Positions 1 to 10,481 are shown, counted from the stretch's first letter. The stretch is 64,000 nucleotides of DNA from an uncultured Clostridium sp. (GCA_946414595.1 CAMKPE010000006.1:15953-79952), one strand, 5' to 3'. Numbers and translations are program-made. Notes: generated from the letters alone by a model not told the origin.

Positions 1-666
1 TCCAAATATTGCCAAATTATCAGCAATTATAGAGAAGTCTATCGTAATTAATTGTAATACTACTGCACCTAATACAACAGGTTCTGCTAAATAGAATGAG
101 AACTTTGCTGCATCTTCTCTTTCCATTTTCAATCCTCTTGCTGCGGCTATTGTTGTTCCACTTCTTGAGAATCCTGGAATAAGTGCAAATATTTGACTGC
201 AACCGATTATTATTGCATCTTTTAATGTCATTTTCTTTAAGTCTCTATCTCTTGGTCTATTTTTATCAACTAGATAAATAATTATACCCATCACAATAAG
301 TGCTATTGCAATAAGCCAAAACTTGTCTCTTACATGTTCATCAATTGTATCTTCAAATAACACACCTACTACAGCTGCTGGTATTGTTGCGGCAATTATG
401 TACCACATCATTTTACCTTCGCTATCTTTAACACCTTTAGTAATTCCTTTAATAAACATGTTCCAAAAATCTTTAAAGAAATAAACTAGAATTGCTAATG
501 CTGTACCTAAATGTAATGCAACATCAAAAGTTAAACTTAAGTCTTCATTAATTAAATCTTTTCCAATTCCGAATAAATCTCTAAATATTATTAAGTGTGC
601 AGATGAAGATATTGGTAAAAACTCTGCAATTCCTTGGATAAAGGCTAATATTATTATTCCTATCAT
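1..666 (-). CDS. uppP: Undecaprenyl-diphosphate phosphatase (BacA/UppP), partial; the C-terminus lies beyond the window edge
   Basis: Own translation from the ATG at 664-666 (GAGGT RBS just upstream) reads MIGIIIILAFIQGIAEFLPISSSAHL...IPGFSRSGTTIAAARG. The frame stays open to position 1. It is absent from the ORF track because it is truncated. Confidence 0.9.
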   Translation of the reverse strand, partial: MIGIIILAFIQGIAEFLPISSSAHLIIFRDLFGIGKDLINEDLSLTFDVALHLGTALAILVYFFKDFWNMFIKGITKGVKDSEGKMMWYIIAATIPAAVVGVLFEDTIDEHVRDKFWLIAIALIVMGIIIYLVDKNRPRDRDLKKMTLKDAIIIGCSQIFALIPGFSRSGTTIAAARGLKMEREDAAKFSFYLAEPVVLGAVVLQLITIDFSIIADNLAIFG

Positions 667-701
667 ACATACCTCATTATTCTTTCCATACAATTATAAC
701 A

Positions 702-1559
702 TTATATGTTATTTCTAGTAAACAATTCCTTTAATTTCTTTCTTTGCATGTTTTGTTCAAGGCTTGCTTTTTTCTCTTCTCTTTTCTTAAAAGCACTTAT
801 ACTTTTTCTTGTATATCTCGCAAGTCTATCATAATCATATGCTTCAGCTGCATTTAATCCATCTAAATATGTTGTAGCTTTACTCATTGCCATTACTTCT
901 TCAGCTGTTTTAGTTAGATCATCTTCAACTAAACTTGGACATTGATTAACCATATAATTTACAAAGAATAAGAATGAGAAATCATTACATCTTTTGCAAA
1001 AAGGATGTTTTTCTCTATAACTTTCTATTGTTCTTCTAACTTCAAGTGGATCATTACATGTATCTAAAGCTGCTGATATATGTTGTCTATATAAATCCAT
1101 TTCATAGTTGTCTTCTCTATTATCGTAATCCTTACTTGCTGCTGCAATTCCTTTTACTATATCGTCATAGCTAAAATGCATGTATTTTAATCTATCTTCA
1201 CCAACTGTTTGTTTAAAAATAGCATGTGCTTGATACTTATCATCTGGTTTCTTATAATCTTCAACGTTATATCTTGATCTTACGAAAGCCATTGTATCAA
1301 CTACTCTTGATATTTGATCAATATTTTGTTTGCTTTCAAACTTATCAAGTCCATCTTTTAATACTTGATAAATTGTACCATATTGATCTGCTATTCTTAA
1401 TTGATATGTTAATCTTCTTGTAAATAGACGAGAAAAATCTGTAACAAAACGATTATAAGATCCTTCATTTTTTAAATATTTTTCTTCTAATTCTTCAAGT
1501 GATAATCTATTAATATCATCCATTAGACTTAGTTCTTCTGTTTCTACTGTTCTTTCCAT
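702..1559 (-). CDS. Hypothetical cytosolic protein (285 aa)
   Basis: Long ORF with an AGGAGG RBS about 8 nt upstream, located inside the lon 3' end. No family recognised. Confidence 0.6.
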   Translation of the reverse strand: MERTVETEELSLMDDINRLSLEELEEKYLKNEGSYNRFVTDFSRLFTRRLTYQLRIADQYGTIYQVLKDGLDKFESKQNIDQISRVVDTMAFVRSRYNVEDYKKPDDKYQAHAIFKQTVGEDRLKYMHFSYDDIVKGIAAASKDYDNREDNYEMDLYRQHISAALDTCNDPLEVRRTIESYREKHPFCKRCNDFSFLFFVNYMVNQCPSLVEDDLTKTAEEVMAMSKATTYLDGLNAAEAYDYDRLARYTRKSISAFKKREEKKASLEQNMQRKKLKELFTRNNI

Positions 1560-3864
1560 TCTTTTTACCTCCTAGTTTTTTATATATATCTAAGTAGTTA
1601 TCTACTAAGATAAACTCAATTTTATCTTTAATCTCATCAGGAATTTCTTTTAAGTCTTTTTCGTTTTCCCTTGGAATAAAGATCTTATTAACCATAGCAC
1701 GATAAGCTCCAATTACCTTTTCTTTTAAGCCTCCAATTGGTAAGACTCTTCCAGTTAATGTAATTTCTCCTGTCATACTTGTTTTTGAAGATATGCTTAA
1801 CTTTGTTAATAAACTTATTAATACTGTTGTAATTGCAACACCTGCTGATGGTCCTTCTTTTTGTATTGCACCTTCAGGTACATGAATATGTATTGTCTTT
1901 CCTTTTAAATCATTTAAGTCAATATTAAATGTTTCATGATTAGACTTAACATAGTCAAGAGCAATCTTAGCAGATTCTTGCATTACTTCTCCTAAAGAAC
2001 CAGTTAATATCAATTCTTCTGTTCCTTTAAATAGTGTAGCTTCAATTGGTAATATATCTCCACCATAAATAGTATATGCAAGTCCATTAACTATTCCTAC
2101 TCTATCTTCTTCTATATTATCATTGTATAAATATTTCTTAATTCCAATGTATTCTTCTAAATCATCACTATCGATAATATATTTTTTCTTTTCTTTATCT
2201 ACAACAATCTTCTTAACTATTTTTCTAAGTATTGTTGCAATTAATCTGTCAAGTTCTCTTACTCCTGATTCTTTTGTATAGTTTCTAACAAGTGTAAGAA
2301 TTGCATCATCAGTAAATTCAACTTCATTGTCTTTAAGGCCATGTTCTTTTAATTGGTCTATTATTAAATGACGTTTTGCTATATCAAGTTTTTCAAATTC
2401 TGTATATGATGATACTTCTATTATCTCAAGTCTGTCTCTTAATTCTTCTGGTATTTGTGATAAATAATTTGCAGTTGCAATAAACATTACACTAGATAGA
2501 TCAAATTCTTCTTCTAGATAGTGATCGGTAAATGATTTATTCATTTCTTTGTCTAATACTTCTAGTAAGCTAGATGCTGGATCTCCTTTGATATCCTTAG
2601 TCATCTTATCTATTTCATCTATTATGAATACTGGATTCTTTACTCCTGCTTTCTTCATTCCTTGAATGATTAATCCTGGAGCTGATCCAATATATGCTCT
2701 TCTATGTCCAATAATTTCTGCTTCATCATTAATTCCACCAACAGAAATCTTTGTGTATTTTCTATTTAAGCTTTTTGCAACATTCTTTGCAAATGTTGTT
2801 TTACCAACACCTGGAGGTCCAACTAAACATATAATTGGGCTTCTTAAGTTATCAGTCTTTTGTTTTACTGCTAAATATTCAATAACTCTATCTTTAACAT
2901 TTTCAAGACCATAGTGAGTACTATCAAGTATCTCTCTTACTTTCTTTAAGTCTTTTCTATCTTCTGTTGTCTTAGTCCATGGAAGATTTAGTAACCAATC
3001 AATATATGTTCTAATCATTCCAGTCTCAGGTGACATGGAATTACTCATTTCATATTTATTTAATTCAACATTAAGTTTTTCTTTTACTTTCTTAGGACAA
3101 TCTAAGGCATCAATCTTATCTCTTAGGATTTCTATTTCACTTTGTGATTCTTCTCCAAGTTCTTTTCTAATTGCTTTAATTTTTTCTCTTAATACAAATT
3201 CTTTTTGTGATTCTTCTAGACCATTTGCTACAGACATTTCAATATCTTGTTCTAGTTTTAATATTTCAATGTCACTATTAATATCATCAAGAATCATTTT
3301 AACTCTTGAAGTACTAGAAGTTTCTTTTAGATATTCTTGTTTTCTTTCATAATTAATTGGTAAGTATAATACAACAATATCTGTTAATTTATCTATATCA
3401 TTTATTCCTGCTGTTTGTGAAAGTATTGTATTAGACATATAAGGTACTTCATGTACATATACATCTATATGTTTATTAAGTGCTCTTACATAAGCCATCT
3501 CTTCTTGAGGTGATAATTCTTCTGTTGGAAGATAACTAAATAAAGCTTCATATATTCCTTCATCTTTTGAGTAAGCAAAAACTTTTACACGTGATTCACC
3601 TAAGATAATGATTCTTGTTTTACCATTTGGCATATCAAGTTTCATTTTAATTTTTCCAACGATTCCATAATTAGGCAATTCATCAATTTCTGGACTTATC
3701 TCAAGAGTATCTTTTGGATTAACAATTAAGATTTTATTATCATAACAAGACTCTGCTAAAGATATTATTTTCTTATCATCAGTAGAATCAAGTTCTATCC
3801 TTATTTCGTTATAAGGGAACAAGACCATATTCTTTAATAGAAGTACTGGAAGATTGCTTTTCAT
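1516..3864 (-). CDS. lon: ATP-dependent Lon protease
   Basis: 782 aa. Has the Walker A motif GPPGVGKTT and the catalytic-serine motif KEGPSAGVA. Length and N-domain are typical of LonA. Confidence 0.95.
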   Translation of the reverse strand: MKSNLPVLLLKNMVLFPYNEIRIELDSTDDKKIISLAESCYDNKILIVNPKDTLEISPEIDELPNYGIVGKIKMKLDMPNGKTRIIILGESRVKVFAYSKDEGIYEALFSYLPTEELSPQEEMAYVRALNKHIDVYVHEVPYMSNTILSQTAGINDIDKLTDIVVLYLPINYERKQEYLKETSSTSRVKMILDDINSDIEILKLEQDIEMSVANGLEESQKEFVLREKIKAIRKELGEESQSEIEILRDKIDALDCPKKVKEKLNVELNKYEMSNSMSPETGMIRTYIDWLLNLPWTKTTEDRKDLKKVREILDSTHYGLENVKDRVIEYLAVKQKTDNLRSPIICLVGPPGVGKTTFAKNVAKSLNRKYTKISVGGINDEAEIIGHRRAYIGSAPGLIIQGMKKAGVKNPVFIIDEIDKMTKDIKGDPASSLLEVLDKEMNKSFTDHYLEEEFDLSSVMFIATANYLSQIPEELRDRLEIIEVSSYTEFEKLDIAKRHLIIDQLKEHGLKDNEVEFTDDAILTLVRNYTKESGVRELDRLIATILRKIVKKIVVDKEKKKYIIDSDDLEEYIGIKKYLYNDNIEEDRVGIVNGLAYTIYGGDILPIEATLFKGTEELILTGSLGEVMQESAKIALDYVKSNHETFNIDLNDLKGKTIHIHVPEGAIQKEGPSAGVAITTVLISLLTKLSISSKTSMTGEITLTGRVLPIGGLKEKVIGAYRAMVNKIFIPRENEKDLKEIPDEIKDKIEFILVDNYLDIYKKLGGKKNGKNSRNRRTKSNG

Positions 3865-3964
3865 ATGTGTCTCGCCTCCTTAAAAATATGTTTTTTATTA
3901 TAACTACCTTAAATATAAAAAGCAATAAAAAAGACACTTTTTTACAGTGCTTTTTTTTATCTTT

Positions 3965-5380
3965 TTAAATCTCTTCTATTTTCATAAAATTTGTCTGCTT
4001 TATTGCTCTATTATGATGTATTCCACCAGTAATAATTATTATGTCTTCTGACTTAAGTCCTAAGAATAATATTGCTTCTTGTCTTGCATTATTTACTGTC
4101 TCATCCATATCATCATCTTTAACTAAACTTGTAACAATTGGATATACTCCATAGTTAAGTAATAGCTTTCTTGCAACTGCTTCATTAGGACACAAAGCAA
4201 GTATTATTGTATGTGGTCTTAGGTTACTAATTACACGGGCACTATGCCCACCAGTTGTAGGTACTACTATTGCTTTTACATTTAATGCATTTGATGAATC
4301 AATAACTGATTTAGCAAGTGCTTCAGTTATATCTTTATTATTTAAAAGATTAAATCTAGTAGCATAATAATCATTCTTTTCAGATTCTTCACAAATCTTT
4401 GCCATATATTTAACTGCATCAATTGGATGTTTTCCAACAGTTGATTCACCACTTAGCATAACAGCATCAGCTCCATCTAATACAGCATTAGATATATCAG
4501 TTACTTCTGCTCTTGTAGGACGAGGTGATTCATACATTGATGCAAGCATTTCTGTTGCAACAATAACAAACTTCTCTTTTTCTCTACAAAGTCTGATCAT
4601 TTCTTTTTGAATAATAGGTAGTTTCTCTACAGCAACTTCTACTCCCAAGTCTCCTCTTGCTACCATTATTCCGTCACTCTCATCAATTATTTCATATAAG
4701 TTTTCAACACCTGTTCTACTTTCAACTTTAGAAATAATCTTCATGTCTTCTCTATTATATTGTCTTAATAACTCTTTTACTTCTTTAATATTTTCTCTTG
4801 ATTCAACAAATGAAAGTGCTATAAAGTCTCCTTCATTCTTACAAGCAAACTCAATATCTTGTCTATCTTGTTCACTCATAAATGGAATACCAAGTTTTAC
4901 TCCAGGAACTGCCATTCCTTTTTTAGATTTTAATATTCCTCCATCTTTTACTTTACAAGTTAGTCCTTCCATATCTTTATCAATTACTTCAATTTTCATT
5001 AAAGCATCTTCTAAAAGAATTGTATTACCAACATTAATTTTATCTAATACATCAGGATGGTTTACTCCAAAATAATTGTCTTGTCCAACAACTTTATTTT
5101 TAACTATTCTTACTGTTTCTCCTGGAACTAGTTTAATTCCTTCTTCTACAATTTCTCCACATCTAAAATCAGGACCTTTTGTATCATATAAGATAGCTAC
5201 TGGTCTATTTGTTTTAGCTCTTACTTCTTTAACGACATTTAAAATATGAAGATATTCTTCATTATTACCATGTGAGAAATTAACTCTTGCAACATTCATT
5301 CCATTTAGAACCATTTCACTCATAACGTCTACAGTTTGACTTGCTGGTCCAATACTACAAATTATCTTAGTTTTTTTCAT
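3965..5380 (-). CDS. pyk: Pyruvate kinase
   Basis: 471 aa. Starts MKKTKIICSIGPAS and contains MVARGDLGVE, both typical of Pyk. AGGTGG RBS. Confidence 0.95.
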   Translation of the reverse strand: MKKTKIICSIGPASQTVDVMSEMVLNGMNVARVNFSHGNNEEYLHILNVVKEVRAKTNRPVAILYDTKGPDFRCGEIVEEGIKLVPGETVRIVKNKVVGQDNYFGVNHPDVLDKINVGNTILLEDALMKIEVIDKDMEGLTCKVKDGGILKSKKGMAVPGVKLGIPFMSEQDRQDIEFACKNEGDFIALSFVESRENIKEVKELLRQYNREDMKIISKVESRTGVENLYEIIDESDGIMVARGDLGVEVAVEKLPIIQKEMIRLCREKEKFVIVATEMLASMYESPRPTRAEVTDISNAVLDGADAVMLSGESTVGKHPIDAVKYMAKICEESEKNDYYATRFNLLNNKDITEALAKSVIDSSNALNVKAIVVPTTGGHSARVISNLRPHTIILALCPNEAVARKLLLNYGVYPIVTSLVKDDDMDETVNNARQEAILFLGLKSEDIIIITGGIHHNRAIKQTNFMKIEEI

Positions 5381-5457
5381 CTATACCACCTATTATAAAT
5401 TATATATTAGTTATCTTTTTTTTACAATTAAGATACAAAGTTTATTTTTCTTTTACG

Positions 5458-5485
5458 TAAAAAAAGAATAGTAATCTACTATTCT
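5458..5485 (-). terminator. Rho-independent terminator overlapping the stop codon of the 5479-6312 ORF
   Basis: Perfect 9-bp stem AGAATAGTA/TACTATTCT (5465-5473 and 5477-5485) with a 3-nt loop, followed by a U-run on the minus strand (A-run 5459-5465). Confidence 0.6.
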
Positions 5486-6312
5486 CTTATTATTGAATAT
5501 AAATAATAATTATCATTTGAATCTAATTTAAATGTCCATTTATAAGTATACTCTGCATATGGATTTAAAATACCATGATTTCTAAAAGTTACTTTCTCAT
5601 ATAAATATGCTTCTCTATTATCATCTGAATAATCTACTTTTGTGTAGTGATATTCATAAATAGGATTATCTTCTAGACCTCCAGTTCTACTAGTATATTG
5701 ATAATATTTCTTTCCGTTTTCTTCAACAACAACATATGAAAATTCATATGGAACATTATCGCTACTAGTATAAGTTAATAAATCATCACTAAATTCTAAT
5801 TCGTCTCCAACTAATTCATATAAGTAATCTGCAAATAATTTTCTAGTTGGTTCATATTCAAGTAAATAATCATATCCTGGATCATAAGTTACAAAACCAT
5901 TTGCATCATGTTGTACTCCACTACCTTCAACTTTATATTGTACTTGTTTTTCATATACTTTTTGGTGAAGAATATAAAATAATTCTGCCGCTGTTAAATC
6001 CTTAGCATAAGTTGCTTCCCTATTATAAACTTCTTTTTCAAATCCAACTTGACTAGCTGTTTCCCAAGATGATTTGTGGAAATTTTCATATTCATTTGTA
6101 TCAAACTCTACTCTTTTATGGGTATTATTATCACCTGTTGTATTTTCTTCTACTTTGTTTTCATTAGATCCACCAAATGGATTTAAAATAAATAGTAAAC
6201 CAATAATAAGGCATACTACAACAACTATTGCTATTATTATTTTAACTAGATTATTATTCTTTTTTTCTTCTTTTACTTCAGTATTATTATTCTCTTCCAT
6301 CTTATCCTCCAT
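5479..6312 (-). CDS. Membrane-anchored hypothetical protein (N-terminal TM helix, Tyr/Glu-rich ectodomain)
   Basis: ORF with one hydrophobic helix, IIIAIVVVVCLIIGLLFIL. The internal ATG at 6300 has the better GGAGG RBS, so the true start may be 6300. Confidence 0.6.
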   Translation of the reverse strand: MEDKMEENNNTEVKEEKKNNNLVKIIIAIVVVVCLIIGLLFILNPFGGSNENKVEENTTGDNNTHKRVEFDTNEYENFHKSSWETASQVGFEKEVYNREATYAKDLTAAELFYILHQKVYEKQVQYKVEGSGVQHDANGFVTYDPGYDYLLEYEPTRKLFADYLYELVGDELEFSDDLLTYTSSDNVPYEFSYVVVEENGKKYYQYTSRTGGLEDNPIYEYHYTKVDYSDDNREAYLYEKVTFRNHGILNPYAEYTYKWTFKLDSNDNYYLYSIIRE

Positions 6313-6401
6313 ACTATAGTAATCGTATTAAATATTATTGTATTTGTCAATTGTTAAAATAACATATTATTATCTATTTCATAAACTACTATAGGTGTAT
6401 T

Positions 6402-7145
6402 ATGAACAATAGTAATTTTAAATATAAAAAATATGGTAATAGTAATAAAGTTCTAATAATTCTTCCTGGATGGGGAAATACTAGAAAAACTTTTGATTTT
6501 TATATTAATAATTTAAAAGATAAATTTACTATCTATATATTTGATTATCCTGGTTTTGGAGAAAGTTTATTCCCAAATAATGATTTAACTATATATGATT
6601 ATGCTTTATATATTAAAAGATTTATTGAAGATAATAGTATTAATAAGCCATATATTCTTTGTCACTCTTTTGGTTGTAGAATATCCATTCTTCTTATTGG
6701 TAAGTATAGAGTTCTTGTTGATAAGCTAATAATCATTGGTGGTGCTGGTATTAGAAGACATAGTATTAAAAGATATTTAAGAACAAAGAAATATAAGCTT
6801 CTAAAAAAGTTAAGTGTCTTTATTCCTAAAAAGAAAAGATATATTTATTTAAATAAATTAAGAAATAAATACTCATCAAATGATTATAAAGATTTATCTA
6901 GTAATATGAAGAATACTTTTAATAATATTATCAATGCTGATTTAAGAAAGTATTTAAAATATATCTATACTCCTAGTTTATTAATCTGGGGAGAAAAGGA
7001 TACTTCTACGCCTTTAAAAGATGGCAAACTAATGAATAGAAAAATAAATAATTCTGGATTAATTACAATAAAAAAAGGAACACACTTTGTTTATTTAGAG
7101 TATCCCTTTTATATTTTAAAAATTATTTTATTTTTCTTTAATTAG
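6402..7145 (+). CDS. Alpha/beta-fold hydrolase
   Basis: 247 aa. Contains PGWG, the nucleophile elbow CHSFGC and LLIWGEKDTSTP. Paralogous to the 24630-25361 gene. It is one of only three plus-strand CDS, and its 3' end overlaps the aspS 3' end. Confidence 0.75.
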   Translation: MNNSNFKYKKYGNSNKVLIILPGWGNTRKTFDFYINNLKDKFTIYIFDYPGFGESLFPNNDLTIYDYALYIKRFIEDNSINKPYILCHSFGCRISILLIGKYRVLVDKLIIIGGAGIRRHSIKRYLRTKKYKLLKKLSVFIPKKKRYIYLNKLRNKYSSNDYKDLSSNMKNTFNNIINADLRKYLKYIYTPSLLIWGEKDTSTPLKDGKLMNRKINNSGLITIKKGTHFVYLEYPFYILKIILFFFN

Positions 7146-8873
7146 TAATCCTAAATCATCTAATTGTTTTTGTGAAACAACTCCTGGAGCTTCATTCATT
7201 AGGTCTTGTGCACTAGCTGTCTTAGGGAATGCTACTACATCACGAATGTTATCAGTTCCAGCTAAAATCATTACTAATCTTTCAAGTCCAATACCTACTC
7301 CACAGTGAGGAGGTGCCCCATATTTGAATGCATCGATGAAGAATCCAAATTTCTCTCTTGCTTCTTCTTCAGTCATTTCGATTGCTTCAAATACTTTAGC
7401 TTGAGTTTCAGAATCATGTATTCTTACTGATCCACTCAATAGTTCATAACCATTTAGTACTAAGTCATACGCTCTTGAATAGCAATGTTCTTTATCTGTT
7501 AACAACTTATCCATATCTTCTTTTCTTGGTGAAGTAAATGGATGATGAGCTGCTACAAATCTTTGTTCTTCTTCAGAATATTCAAACATTGGGAAATCAG
7601 TAACCCATAAGAAATTATATTTTCCTTCAGGTATTAAGTTAAAGTCTTTAGCAAGCTTTATTCTTAAAGCTCCTAATGCTGGTTTAACTACTTTTCTTTT
7701 ATCTGCAACAACAAATACTATATCGTTATTTTCAAGATTTAATAATTTAATTAAATCTTCTTTTTCTTTATCGTCCATTACTTTAAAGATTGATCCAGAT
7801 AATTCATTATTTGTATATTTTAAATATGATAATGCTTTTGCTTTATATACTTTTACTAAATCAGTTAATTTATCTATATCTTTTCTTGATAAATCTTCAG
7901 CATGATTTTTAAGTACTAATGCATTGATTATTCCACCATCACTGATAATGTTTTTAAATATTTCAAAATCAGTATTTTTAAATACTTCAGTAATATCTTG
8001 AAGTTCCATTTCATATCTTGTATCTGGTTTATCACTACCATAACGATTGATACATTCATCATATGGAATTCTTACAAAAGGTTCTAGATCAACATTTTTA
8101 ATTTCTTTAAATATTTTCTTCATCAATCCTTCAGTAGTTGCCCAAATATCTTCTTCGCTTGAGAAACTTTGTTCAATGTCTATTTGAGTGAATTCTGGTT
8201 GTCTATCTGCTCTTAAGTCTTCATCTCTAAAACATCTTGCAATTTGGAAGTATTTCTCCATTCCACCAATCATTAATAATTGTTTAAATATTTGTGGTGA
8301 TTGTGGAAGTGCATAGAAATGCCCATTATATATTCTTGATGGTACTAGATAGTCTCTTGCTCCTTCTGGTGTTGGTACACATAGAATTGGAGTTTCTACT
8401 TCTATAAATCCATTATCTGATAAATAGTTTCTTGTTATCATTGTAACTTTATGTCTTAACATTAAGTTATTCTTTAAAGATTCTCTTCTTAAGTCTAAGA
8501 ATCTGTATTTTAATCTTGTATCTTCAAGTGCCGTTGTATTATCACTTATTTCAAATGGTATATCTATTGATTGATTGATAAGTTCTAACTCATCAACGAT
8601 TACTTCAATTTCTCCAGTAGGAAGTTTTGGATTTTTGCTTTCTCTTTCGTTTATTGTTCCAACTGCTCTAATAACTGATTCAGTTTTTAGTGATGTTGCA
8701 ATATCATAATATTTATTTTCTGGTCTTACAATTAATTGAATTATTCCAGATCTATCTCTTAAGTCGATAAATACTAATCCACCTAAGTCTCTTTTCTTTT
8801 GAACCCATCCATATAGTTCAACAGTTTCTCCAACATTCTTGATATTGAATTCACCATTATTATATTTTTTCAT
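7128..8873 (-). CDS. aspS: Aspartyl-tRNA synthetase
   Basis: 581 aa. Contains the class II motif FQIARCFRDEDLRADRQPEFTQID. Its start shares one nt with the hisS stop (TAATG). Confidence 0.97.
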   Translation of the reverse strand: MKKYNNGEFNIKNVGETVELYGWVQKKRDLGGLVFIDLRDRSGIIQLIVRPENKYYDIATSLKTESVIRAVGTINERESKNPKLPTGEIEVIVDELELINQSIDIPFEISDNTTALEDTRLKYRFLDLRRESLKNNLMLRHKVTMITRNYLSDNGFIEVETPILCVPTPEGARDYLVPSRIYNGHFYALPQSPQIFKQLLMIGGMEKYFQIARCFRDEDLRADRQPEFTQIDIEQSFSSEEDIWATTEGLMKKIFKEIKNVDLEPFVRIPYDECINRYGSDKPDTRYEMELQDITEVFKNTDFEIFKNIISDGGIINALVLKNHAEDLSRKDIDKLTDLVKVYKAKALSYLKYTNNELSGSIFKVMDDKEKEDLIKLLNLENNDIVFVVADKRKVVKPALGALRIKLAKDFNLIPEGKYNFLWVTDFPMFEYSEEEQRFVAAHHPFTSPRKEDMDKLLTDKEHCYSRAYDLVLNGYELLSGSVRIHDSETQAKVFEAIEMTEEEAREKFGFFIDAFKYGAPPHCGVGIGLERLVMILAGTDNIRDVVAFPKTASAQDLMNEAPGVVSQKQLDDLGLLIKEK

Positions 8874-10261
8874 TATTCATCTTCTCCTTCATGATGCCAT
8901 TCGCAGTGCTTTCCACAACTACATTCATGATCTTCTCCATGGTGATGTCCACAATGGCATTCTTCTTCATCACCAAAATCATAATCATAATCTTCTTCAG
9001 ATAAATGTTCATCCAAGAAATATAGTAAGTAGTCAACACTAACTATTTCTTCTTCTTTTGTTTTATTATTTTTAATCTTTATTTCATCTTTAGCTAAATC
9101 TTCATCATTTAAAATAATTAAATATTTAGCATTTAATCTATCTGCTTGTTTGAATTGTGCTTTTAATCCACGTCCAGTATATTCAGTATCTACTCTATAA
9201 CCATTTGCTCTTAAATATTGAACTAAACTTGCTGCATATTTCTTTTCTGTATCAGATACATACATAACAAATAATTCAACATCATCAATTATAGGTAATT
9301 TAACTTCTTCTAAGTCAAGTGCTTGTACAAGTCTTCCTAGTCCTGTTGCAAATCCCATACAACAAGTTTCTGGACCATCTAATGTTTCAACAAGTCCATT
9401 ATATCTTCCACCTGCTCCAATAACATTATTTGATCCAAATCCTTCAACACTTGCTTCTATTTCAAATACTGTATGATTATAGTAATCAAGTCCTCTAACA
9501 AGTCTTGGATCTACTTCATAATCTATTTCTAATTCTTCTAAGTAAGATTTAACTTCTTCAAATCTCTTCTTACTTTCTTCATTTAAATACTCAATAGTTG
9601 TAGGAGCATTCTTTAATATCTCACTATCTTTATCAACTTTACAATCTAAGATTCTAAGAGGATTCTTATTTAATCTATCATTACAATCTTCACATAAGTC
9701 TTTTATTTTTGGAGTGAAATATTTAATAAGTGCATCTCTATAATTATCACGAGATTCTTTATCTCCTAAAGAATTAATCTTTACTTTAATTCCTTTTAGT
9801 CCAAGCATTTTGTATAAAAGGACTGGAATAGATATAACTTCTGCATCAACAAGTGGATCGTTAGACCCTAAAACTTCTACTCCAAATTGAGTAAATTCTC
9901 TATCTCTTCCTGATTGTGGTCTTTCATATCTATACATTGTTCCATTGTAGTAAACTTTAACAGGTCCTGGTTCTCCATACATTTTGTTTTCGATATAACT
10001 TCTAACAATACCTGCAGTTCCTTCTGGTCTTAATGTAATAGATCTATCTCCTCTATCTTTGAAGTCATAAGTTTCTTTAGTTACTATGTCAGTAGTTTCT
10101 CCAACTCCTCTATGGAACAAATCACTGCTTTCAAATATTGGAGTTCTAGCATATGTATAGTTATATTTCTCCATTAAACTGTCGATAACTTTATCAACGT
10201 ATTTCCATTTCTTTGCTTCAAGTCCTACTAAATCATGACATCCCTTTGGTTTTGTAATCAT
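8873..10261 (-). CDS. hisS: Histidyl-tRNA synthetase with an acidic His/Cys-rich C-terminal tail
   Basis: Contains RYERPQSGRDREFTQFG and GGRYNGLV. Start placed at the ATG at 10259-10261 (MITKPKGCHDL) behind an AAGGAGG RBS; the track start at 10294 lies inside the T-box terminator. Confidence 0.95.
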   Translation of the reverse strand: MITKPKGCHDLVGLEAKKWKYVDKVIDSLMEKYNYTYARTPIFESSDLFHRGVGETTDIVTKETYDFKDRGDRSITLRPEGTAGIVRSYIENKMYGEPGPVKVYYNGTMYRYERPQSGRDREFTQFGVEVLGSNDPLVDAEVISIPVLLYKMLGLKGIKVKINSLGDKESRDNYRDALIKYFTPKIKDLCEDCNDRLNKNPLRILDCKVDKDSEILKNAPTTIEYLNEESKKRFEEVKSYLEELEIDYEVDPRLVRGLDYYNHTVFEIEASVEGFGSNNVIGAGGRYNGLVETLDGPETCCMGFATGLGRLVQALDLEEVKLPIIDDVELFVMYVSDTEKKYAASLVQYLRANGYRVDTEYTGRGLKAQFKQADRLNAKYLIILNDEDLAKDEIKIKNNKTKEEEIVSVDYLLYFLDEHLSEEDYDYDFGDEEECHCGHHHGEDHECSCGKHCEWHHEGEDE

Positions 10262-10273
10262 AATAATCCTCCT

Positions 10274-10478
10274 TAAAAAATAAAAAGATGGCAAGTAAAG
10301 GACGAGTTTCCCCGTGGTGCCACCTTATTTCCATAATTAATTTATGCTTATTAGTGATAACGCTTACAAGCGATTCTTTTATTAACACAAGTGTCTTTCA
10401 TTAATTCATCTTAAGTATTTTCATCAACCATACTCTTTCTACAAAGAATCTTTAATTACTCCTCTTGCAAAAGACAAA
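10274..10478 (-). promoter_or_regulatory. T-box leader (tRNA-sensing riboswitch) of the hisS-aspS operon
   Basis: The minus-strand RNA carries the T-box sequence AAUAAGGUGGCACCACGGGG (about 10308-10330). A terminator AAGGUGGCA...UGCCAUCUU plus U-run lies at about 10274-10326. A Stem I specifier-loop context reads GAAAGACACUUGU. Confidence 0.85.
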
Positions 10479-10481
10479 TAT

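Noticed and set aside
20-202. 60-aa minus-strand ORF at the window start.
   Set aside because: It lies in a different frame inside the clearly recognisable uppP coding sequence, so it is a frame artefact.
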